Made by a program: the position numbers and the translations under genes
Source: Chitinophagaceae bacterium
Lineage (GTDB): Bacteria > Bacteroidota > Bacteroidia > Chitinophagales > Chitinophagaceae
Length of the DNA: 64,000 nt
Assembly: GCA_009885535.1 (NCBI GenBank)
Contig: VFKL01000106.1
Span: 83-64,082 of the forward strand
Direction of reading: 5' to 3'
Shown here: positions 30,101 to 33,759 of the stretch, one piece after another
Position numbering within the stretch: the stretch's first letter is position 1
How the letters are laid out: every line of letters starts with the position of its first letter
The notes under the pieces: model-generated
The model's database searches: none
What the model was told of the DNA's origin: nothing
The model's input: the letters and a program-made list of their open reading frames with translations, nothing else

Positions 30101-32362
30101 TGGGCTGGTGTAAATACCAATTGGAATGATGCAGCAAACTGGTGTGGAGCTGTGCCAACTGCTAATACTGATGTTACCATACCAAATGGTAGATCAAGTT
30201 ATCCAATTATTACTTCAGCAAATCCTGCAGCTAATACAAAAAATTTAACCATTGGAAATACTACTGCATCGGTAACGATATCAAGCGGTGGTAAGTTGAA
30301 TATTTATGGCAATATCAGCAGTCCAAGTATAGGTAAATTGATTGCTACATTGGGTACAGTTGAAATGGCTGGTTCTACAGCTCAAACCATTCCAGCTAAT
30401 TTATTTGCCAACAACAATTTGAGAAATCTAGTGATAAATAATTCGAGTGTATCTCTTGGAGGTCAATTGAATTTATTGAATAAGTTATCATTCGTTGGTG
30501 GTAGTAAAACGTTTGCAACAGGTAATTTCTTAACCTTAAAATCAAACGATTCTTTAACGGCAAGTGTGGCGGATATCACTAATGGTGGTGTAAATACAGG
30601 AAATACAATTACCAATAGTGTAACCGTAGAAAGATATATTGATAATATCAAAAGTGGTACCCGTTCATTAAAAGCATGGCGTTTATTGTCGATGCCAACA
30701 ACGCATAATTTGCAAACAATCAAACAAGCATGGCAAGAAAATGGGGATCCATCTGGCGTGTTTAACCCAAATCCTGGATTTGGTGCACAAATCATTTCAA
30801 GATTTGGAGTAGATAATGCTGGAGCTCAAGCTTTAGGATTCGATTCTTACAATGCCAATGGCGGAACGTTGAAAACATTCAATATTGCTACGCAAGCTTG
30901 GGATGAGGTGCCTAATACAATTTCTAATTTTGATGCGCAGAAACCTTATATCGTATTCGTGAGAGGTAGTAGAGCGAAAACATTGTTTAGTGATACGCCA
31001 GATACAACGGTGTTGAGGGAGCGTGGCGCATTGAATTTGGGTGATTTTGTGGTGACGCCAAGTTTACCAACTACATCAAATAAATTTGCTTCAATTGTTA
31101 ATCCTTATGCAAGTGCTATAAGACTTCCAGCTACACGCATCGGGTTTACTGATTTCTATTATTTATACGACCCACGCTTAGGAGCAAGTGGTGGTTGGGT
31201 AACAATAAGTGGAGATGGCACAAGTGCTAATTTTACTGGAGGAAGTTATGGAAACAACAACTACAACATTCAATCTGGTCAAGGGTTCTTTATGCTAACC
31301 AATGCTGCAGGAGCTTCAATGACCATCAAAGAAACGGATAAAGTGGATGGAAGTGCTTCTGTTCAAAGAGAAAACAGAAATCAACAGAAATTCTACACCA
31401 GATTGTATAAAGTACAAAATGGTACAGCAGACTTGTATGATGGGGTGTTAAATAGATTTGATGAAGGCTACAGCAATGATGTAGATGATAACGATGCAAC
31501 GAAATTCACAAACACAACTGAGAATTTTGCAATAGTTAAAAACAACAAATTGATATCAATCGAATCAAGAAAAGCATTGACAGAAAACGATACCATTTTC
31601 TACAAAATGAATCAAATGCGTGTAGCCAATTATCGCTTCGAATTCATTCCTGAAAACATCGAAACATTTAATCTACAAGCTTACTTAGAAGATAAATACA
31701 CCAGTACGTTAACACCAGTAAGCATGTCGGAAAGGACTACATTTGATTTTGCAGTGAGTACTAACGTTGGTGCATATGCGTCTGATCGTTTCAGAATCAT
31801 ATTCAAACAACTTCGTCCATTGCCTGTAACTTTTGTAGATGTAAAAGCCATCAAACAAAAAGAGCAAATCAATGTTACTTGGAAAGTAGAAAACGAAATC
31901 AACATTCGTGAATATGCGGTAGAGAAATCTGCTAATGGTGTAAACTTTGCAAAAGTTGGAACCGTGATGGCAACAGGATTGAACGAATATGCACACATTG
32001 ATGAATCTCCTTTTGTTGGTAATAATTTCTACCGTATTCGCAGCGTTGGTGTAGCAGGAGAGATCAGTTACAGTAAAATTGTAAAAGTTGCTTTCGAAGC
32101 AGAACCAATGATTTCAATTTATCCAAACCCAATAAAATCGGATAGAAAAGCAACCATAAGTTTTAAAAACGTAACTGCTGGTCGTTATACTTTAAAACTA
32201 ACCAACAATTTGGGTCAAGTATTGATGCGTAAAGCGATACAGCATGATGGTATTACAACACAATATGATTTTACATTAAGCAAATCGATATTAAACGGCA
32301 GCTATACTTTAGAAATAATTGGGCAAGACAATAAAAAAACTAGCTTGAAGATTTTGTTTTAA
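18185..32362 (+). CDS. giant T9SS-secreted surface protein (adhesin-like; CUB-like, Ig-like and parallel beta-helix modules)
   Basis: This is a single uninterrupted 4725-aa ORF. The signal peptide is '...LLFFVAIAFTTNTNAQ'. Three CUB-like modules (e.g. 'CSATFYDAGGP...YDGLMIYNG...ISC') alternate with Ig-like 'YQWQSS..G.SW..I.GATS' modules. Next comes a run of ~95-aa Ig-like repeats. Two long Asn/Thr/Gly-rich beta-helix blocks carry 'NTISN..IGIG' type rungs. The C-terminal ~84 aa, 'ISIYPNPIKSDRKATISFKNV...YTLEIIGQDNKKTSLKILF', form a type-A T9SS sorting domain. The true start may be the second Met at 18218. Confidence 0.9.
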   Translation: MRKFYLTAARKMNVTNKNAVKKKLHSFLMLLLFFVAIAFTTNTNAQTAAQYSFSASNGGYSEISGDPILIDNGNSDDGFANGFPIGFDFNFGGVTYNEFNVSTNGWITLGNNGDNNITNSGLTNNFATIPKTPLIAALWDDIEISDIGRDISFKSAGGVLTVQFTNIQWRYLATVSEAVINFQIKLYEATGAVEFVYDPIPGGVLNSPSASIGIATASGVYLSVNGTGATPTASSTTSTNNLSALPVRGQTYTFLPPPPCSGTPVPGRTFASVNSVCASSGATVNLSFETFALATTFQWEQSINGGGTWSNVPGLGTNSTYVATPTATTQYRCRVTCTSSGQSGNSTPETVVYDNTCIVMPVNGDVTTCSATFYDAGGPTANYGAFEVRQLTINPSTTGANVKVVFNSFNTESRYDGLMIYNGRTVNPANLISSGLPVGIDPTTAPAGSFHGTTSPGTITSTDPTGALTFVFRSDNIIQSTGWNATISCILPCDATPTPGATLATSTFVCNGFTTTLSLTNNNFAGVTYQWQSSVDNSSWSDISGATSSTFTAAPTSNTYFRCEVICLAAPTIPAFSTSIQIETSACDEVLMPSDGSTLPVNTCSALFTDGGGTRADYINNSNGTVTFRPATAGTKIRATFTSFSTENNYDGLMIYNGNSSGSPLLSSGLPAGFNATTAPAGSYYGTLSPGVVSSTAADGSLTFVFKSDGTQVSSGWVATISCYVDNSCTGTPNPGATLASNTTVCYGGTTTLSTANTINATNILYQWQSSPNGLSWTDITGATSTTYVVSSLTTSTYYRATVRCTSVGGGVTSSSPNVQVVVDPTCINMPTSATLATCNASFYDNGGASANYTENQNRTFTVTPTTAGSVNGPFSRVVFSSFALDPSDTLKVYDGTNTSVLLGAYTTNPGTITSSNTTNGGLTFVFKSNSTLNDAGWAGTISCYTPTLCSGAPPLGDVLASIDTVCANGSTNLSLSNAGSLPGGLTYQWQSSSNGTTYSNILGASSLPTYSQTNITATTWYQCIASCSGVPTTFNNVKVLVTPRPVITVSSATNICGSGAVVLTASSSVAGATIRWYSNASGTALVFTGATFTTLIISTNTTYYVEAVYGDCESGISPIVAIVNPFPSNIVITPQADTICVSPNIDSLRTTGGLFADGSQAPITWSPITHLYTDVDATIPYTGTSATKVYIKSTAANNTVINYIATAGTGCNKIDTSVITFRDFTPTVSIAIERPIGAICPSDTIKFRATPVNGGNVGQPASFKFFVNDSAITANYSTTDTIRFPGALTSYRLNNGDIVKCVMLVNPFYTNCATSNQFVSNAVTMSINTVERDSVLLSTPSTSICTGTSVTFTATPQANGGTAPEYEFLVNGTVVRSRSAVATFTTTPTNGQVVTVKMYSNKPCVTPVPAVSLPITMTVTPITAISVVLNSSVGTTSCTGVNVEYLAVPSNRTPTSTYQFFVNNISVQGPNTDSTYAYIPANNDQIKVVFNSNFSSCLTGNPATSNIITMTVSSSTVSSVTLTPSTAICSGVSKTFTANPTGGGVAPLYEFLVDGSSVQGPSTTATYSRSATANYSIEVRMTPDGCGLPNPATATLAQVVNPTPQGSLSANTICTGGTGQLTYTSTTGTGPFSLVINGVTYNSIASGTPFNASVNPTSTTLYTLTSVTDANGCNRTTGFTTAAATITVNTSPSVSITNNSSGATVLTCTQTSINLTSTPNGAGFTVLWSNTSTNSTQFINTPGIYTATVTQTSTGCSTTSANVVITQNANEPTGAGLSGTYFVPSGGASCRNFATIRNAVDTLNKYGVSGNVIINVNGGYTETLIRRLDLGSATLSANTALGRTITFVKNGVGANPKITAHTGVYTNPGSTTIDGMWSLSGVDNVIIDGIDLLDGNTLSPTTMMEYGYGLFKGYSTKSATGPNATTTINVTDTVGLRVGSTVWVISGTGSFTLGTTILAFPSTTSFTVSAAPSTLASNTVIGYSVPNDGAQNNTIKNCVVTLNKANNVGGAIPVLTGSVGIASYNSTSTVANTALIPTAKEGGNSRNKFHTNTISNCSIGIGLSGYTGINAGRDTLNDVGGASLATGNTITNFGGSLYVNEVNGIRLRGQFDVNASYNTINNNNGATANPSGGVVRGIYGESGVSADTTIITYNNISINNGSAQQSFGIDNTIGNGISNGNGVNISYNTVTGTNNSQTLGNLYAINNTASVANLNISNNKIQDFSMNGAGEWRGIYNGGACNNVIMNFDTIQNNNLNNIGNTITTQFIYSAALTVTSLNATFNNNQILNNTKGCGNNSLVYGINFQGASLCNATMNNNTISNNTLNNTGTGTIDYSGFNLGGASRYTLDNNTVSNFGINVNAASAVILKVNGIRSEASSILDSFVNNTLTQLYIKGSSTSTGLNEIRGISTNSGAGSRFYFNNNINTLYAKADYTAVITGIRNQAGLTVNILKNKIYGLYPGQSATTGSTAKGINIVSLSASSTANIYNNFISIDLSTGAPAGASGTALNNLDGIRGIELASTIINASNINVHNNSIRLAGSGTTNFGSTGIYQANNVSSTIGLLNLKGNIISNECTKQGTGLIAAFRRNSLALNNYSTASNYNSFYAGADTTVGKLFLVDGTTNFNGNIAGLRTRLGAESGSISVLPTFVAPATGDLHITPCAGSNSSFENAVIGTALFATDYDGDTRLDPSDIGADEISSGAGKVNADASVCSGSNGATLTLTGQVGVTSITRWEQSIDGGTNWTTIANTTTTYTYSNLTTTTLFRAIVNTASCSNVSSGAATITVNSAPSITAQPNTVAQSTCLNIAFATPTVSIITSAAGPTYQWFSNTTNSNVGGTSISSANTASYTLPNNVAGMVYYYCTVTSGVCPSTSNVSAGMTVNALPTITLTDNIADSVCFSSISQNSVLEFTGTTNGANQYSITWNGTPTNTFAAVTNGTLATSPITIVVPASATANTTFTGNISVINSATGCVSVATTPFTLKVKSLVNIGNPITTPQTTCLGSTFTIPTLTVSSTSPTPTYQWYSNTVNSNIGGAILGSTNGAQTATYSPQSNVVSTLYYYSTITSNGCIATTNPSGLWSVTTGPTSGALSGTYYIPTTALNDCKVFLTIAAAVNYLNVNGISASVIFKVAPGYTETLSSTLALGSTTLNNTTSTKTIRFEKNGAGTNPLITGYTGGTTTSSSTIPDGIWSLRGVDYVTIDGIDIRENASNTTAASQMEYGYGLFKLGVADGAQNDTIKNCTITLNKNNTTPSTNFFNGATGIAMTNATADAANTLLTPNNVTGSNSNNTFISNTISNVNVGIGIIGFAANDQVSFADVNNLVGDTITSTKGNSITNLGGGTTANNTEVSAGVLLKNQLNALVGYNTITGAGHNEDQYGVKSDNSVGTGSIVIKLNNISITGAGDRKYAGIENNTGGGASSIINITNNTLNVKIPNGVTTTVAASVTGIKNGSTLTPGTINISNNSFTNSTIAGVGKWAGIYNTTNTTAVTGVINMNNNTITGNTILATGTFNGLQSDANTYGTQTISTNTITNNSKTISGVTELSWLSQKPSSVTNCGTLNIQNNSIQNNDVLVASGNGSNVNVYGVYSFGIKTGSLFSFSANKIRKLSLKDINSDKTGKLWGLFTNSNVAANITETVVDNKISNLYISAAAGSSATHTIIGLQLGSTLPTTTARNIIQNRIDSFYVRNNGDATPLYASTVTGIYIPTGTGNHAIYTNKIAHLVPFGSNGIARGFWLGITPSSSLPVNMYNNMIELDLTQAFDGASATSLNNTDAIRGIDITGGVAGTPYNFTFNTIRIGGSGGANFGTSVVDMNVNNPTYTFKNNVFVNKSTPGASGNVAVLRAVASQLTVGTKYSTSSSNNAYYAGVASSSNYLFTDGTNNLQTLALLQSSSRELLSVENADPIFIRSSDNQDSLHMNTSSNCAFNGTGAVGTGYTTDIDGTTRLSPPDMGADEYNTTGGGVGEWAGVNTNWNDAANWCGAVPTANTDVTIPNGRSSYPIITSANPAANTKNLTIGNTTASVTISSGGKLNIYGNISSPSIGKLIATLGTVEMAGSTAQTIPANLFANNNLRNLVINNSSVSLGGQLNLLNKLSFVGGSKTFATGNFLTLKSNDSLTASVADITNGGVNTGNTITNSVTVERYIDNIKSGTRSLKAWRLLSMPTTHNLQTIKQAWQENGDPSGVFNPNPGFGAQIISRFGVDNAGAQALGFDSYNANGGTLKTFNIATQAWDEVPNTISNFDAQKPYIVFVRGSRAKTLFSDTPDTTVLRERGALNLGDFVVTPSLPTTSNKFASIVNPYASAIRLPATRIGFTDFYYLYDPRLGASGGWVTISGDGTSANFTGGSYGNNNYNIQSGQGFFMLTNAAGASMTIKETDKVDGSASVQRENRNQQKFYTRLYKVQNGTADLYDGVLNRFDEGYSNDVDDNDATKFTNTTENFAIVKNNKLISIESRKALTENDTIFYKMNQMRVANYRFEFIPENIETFNLQAYLEDKYTSTLTPVSMSERTTFDFAVSTNVGAYASDRFRIIFKQLRPLPVTFVDVKAIKQKEQINVTWKVENEINIREYAVEKSANGVNFAKVGTVMATGLNEYAHIDESPFVGNNFYRIRSVGVAGEISYSKIVKVAFEAEPMISIYPNPIKSDRKATISFKNVTAGRYTLKLTNNLGQVLMRKAIQHDGITTQYDFTLSKSILNGSYTLEIIGQDNKKTSLKILF
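23522..26290 (+). repeat. internal protein-level duplication, beta-helix block 1 (aa 1780-2702)
   Basis: The block begins 'GTYFVPSGGASCRNFATIRNAVDTLNKYGVSGNVIINVNGGYTETL', continues through '...DGMWSLSGVDNVIIDGIDL...MEYGYGLFKG' and ends 'TDYDGDTRLDPSDIGADEIS'. It is collinear with block 2. Confidence 0.8.
27473..30076 (+). repeat. internal protein-level duplication, beta-helix block 2 (aa 3097-3964)
   Basis: The block begins 'GTYYIPTTALNDCKVFLTIAAAVNYLNVNGISASVIFKVAPGYTETL', continues through '...DGIWSLRGVDYVTIDGIDI...MEYGYGLFKLG' and ends 'TDIDGTTRLSPPDMGADEYN'. The two blocks are diverged at the DNA level, so the duplication is old. Confidence 0.8.
32108..32359 (+). other. T9SS C-terminal sorting domain (type A) of the giant protein
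   Basis: The last ~84 aa show the 'YPNP', 'ISF...' and 'G.Y.L.L.N..GQ....K' pattern and a terminal beta-strand, 'KTSLKILF'. Confidence 0.85.
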
Positions 32363-32392
32363 ATTAATAACACTTAAATTTGTGCACAAGTA

Positions 32393-32611
32393 ATGAAAAA
32401 TATGAAAATTAAATTAAGAACAGCATTTGTTGGAGTTGCTTTACTTGTGTTAACTATTGGTTTTAATTTCAATTCAATAGCTCAAGATCCGCCACCACCA
32501 GATGGCTGCATAGATCCATTAGATCCTGCTTGTCCTATAGACGGAGGTTTAGTTTTTCTAATAGCAGCAGGTGTTGGAATTGCTGCAAAAAATGCCAGAA
32601 GAAAAAATTAA
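32393..32611 (+). CDS. 72-aa mini-protein: signal peptide plus a PEP-CTERM-like tripartite sorting signal (PIDGG, TM helix, basic tail)
   Basis: Sequence MKNMKIKLRTAFVGVALLVLTIGFNFNSIAQ / DPPPPDGCIDPLDPAC / PIDGG-LVFLIAAGVGIAA-KNARRKN. The gene starts 30 nt after the giant gene's stop with no terminator between them. A strong terminator follows it. Confidence 0.6.
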   Translation: MKNMKIKLRTAFVGVALLVLTIGFNFNSIAQDPPPPDGCIDPLDPACPIDGGLVFLIAAGVGIAAKNARRKN

Positions 32612-32636
32612 GTAATTTCTAAAATAAGATTTAAAT

Positions 32637-32667
32637 AAAAGACATGGAGAAATTCATGTCTTTTTTT
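32637..32667 (+). terminator. Rho-independent terminator after the giant-gene/mini-gene pair
   Basis: The 10-bp stem aaaagacatg (32637-32646) / catgtctttt (32655-32664) encloses the loop gagaaatt and runs into a T-tract. Confidence 0.65.
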
Positions 32668-32738
32668 ATGAATTTAAAATCAAAAAATAATTGATCGTTT
32701 TTTATAAAACATTAAAAACATTTGTTTCAATACCTATA

Positions 32739-32806
32739 AACCGTTGAAACGGTTATGAAACAAACGATTTCCATAACCCACGTTTTAAACCGTGGGTTAT
32801 GGAAAT
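32739..32806. repeat. hairpin pair related to the 17.4-17.7 kb palindromic element
   Basis: A small hairpin, aaccgtt..aacggtt, lies at 32739-32754. A perfect 16-bp stem, atttccataacccacg (32767-32782) / cgtgggttatggaaat (32791-32806), has the loop ttttaaac. It shares the core 'aacccacg(g)ttt(t)aaaccgtggg' with the repeats upstream of the giant gene. Confidence 0.85.
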
Positions 32807-32934
32807 TTAATGGTTTAAACCCTTTATTTATTCATTTCAATTAACATAATCAAATGATTTAAAATTGGCAAAGTAGTTTTTTTTATTGAAATTTGTTTGT
32901 AATTGGCTGCTAATTTTAAGTACCCATAAATATT

Positions 32935-33744
32935 ATGACACAACCCCTTTTTTGTTTAAATTTCTTTTTTAAAAACAAACAGATTTTACTAATAATGTTT
33001 GTATGCTTTTTGATTGCGTTTACTCAATCTTGCACAGCACCAAAGAATACAACTTATTTTAATAAATTGGTAAGAGATACAATCATACAAACCAATTTAA
33101 TTAAATTCCCTGAAGTAATTATACAAAAAAAAGATTTACTAGGAATTTCTGTGAGTAGTTTAAATACTGAACTTGATGAGAAGTTCAATAAAATAGGCAT
33201 GATAAAATCTGATTTTCAATTTGGAGATGGATTTTTAGTAAATGAAAATGGCAGCATAAACATACATTTTTTAGGATTCGTTCAAGTAGAGGGATTAACC
33301 AGAAATCAGCTAAGAGAAAAACTTGAAAAAGAATTAACCCCGTTTCTTAAAGAGCCGATTGTAACCATACAATTTTTAAATAAAAAAGTAACAGTAATGG
33401 GGGAAGTAAAAGTACCTCAAGTGGTGTTTTTAACAGAAGAATACACGCCTTTAATTGATGTATTGGTAAAATGCGGTGATTTGGGAAAAGATGCATTTGT
33501 TAATGACATTATGGTAATTAGAGATTCATCTAATTTCAAACAAATAAAACATTTGAATCTTGAAGATCATAGTATAATTAGTTCTTCATGGTATTATGTA
33601 AAACCCAATGATGTGGTGTATGTTAAATCAGATATCAGTAAAACCTATAAAGAAGAAAGAATGCGATCTCTACAAATTTTGGTTTCTTTAGGTGTTTCTG
33701 TATTTTCATTAATTATTATCATTTTAAATTCCCTAATAAAATAA
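32935..33744 (+). CDS. wza: polysaccharide export outer-membrane protein (Wza-like, Poly_export + SLBB)
   Basis: 269 aa. Candidate lipobox 'LIAFTQSC' and 'GFLVNENGSINIHFLGFVQVEGLTRNQLREKLEKEL'. The start may be the internal Met at 32995. Confidence 0.8.
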   Translation: MTQPLFCLNFFFKNKQILLIMFVCFLIAFTQSCTAPKNTTYFNKLVRDTIIQTNLIKFPEVIIQKKDLLGISVSSLNTELDEKFNKIGMIKSDFQFGDGFLVNENGSINIHFLGFVQVEGLTRNQLREKLEKELTPFLKEPIVTIQFLNKKVTVMGEVKVPQVVFLTEEYTPLIDVLVKCGDLGKDAFVNDIMVIRDSSNFKQIKHLNLEDHSIISSSWYYVKPNDVVYVKSDISKTYKEERMRSLQILVSLGVSVFSLIIIILNSLIK

Positions 33745-33759
33745 TTTCAGTAAAGCGGC

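Noticed and set aside
18196-31998. Numerous 60-150 aa antisense or out-of-frame ORFs inside the giant gene (for example 18196..18645, 23926..24330, 26950..27339, 30463..30795).
   Set aside because: All lie in the shadow of one continuous 14.2-kb ORF with clear domain content. The biased Thr/Asn/Gly/Ser codon composition depletes stop codons on the opposite strand.
18185-32362. The giant ORF as an RHS/polymorphic toxin, an NRPS/PKS, or an RTX-type protein.
   Set aside because: It has no YD/RHS repeats and no C-terminal toxin plus immunity pair. It lacks adenylation, condensation or ketosynthase motifs and GGxGxD nonapeptides. The architecture is signal peptide, Ig/CUB/beta-helix modules and a T9SS C-terminal domain.
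32393-32611. The mini-protein tail as a GlyGly-CTERM (rhombosortase) signal, or as a substrate of the PrsW protease at 3775-4476.
   Set aside because: No rhomboid-family gene is in the window, and rhombosortase systems are, to my knowledge, proteobacterial. PrsW is 28 kb away in an unrelated housekeeping context. The exosortase-like gene in the adjoining locus is the more economical partner. This alternative is not formally excluded.
32612-32934. An invertible (phase-variable) promoter upstream of the EPS locus, as in Bacteroides capsule loci.
   Set aside because: The inverted repeats here form tight local hairpins with 4-8 nt loops rather than flanking a ~150-250 bp invertible segment. No tyrosine or serine recombinase gene is present in the window.
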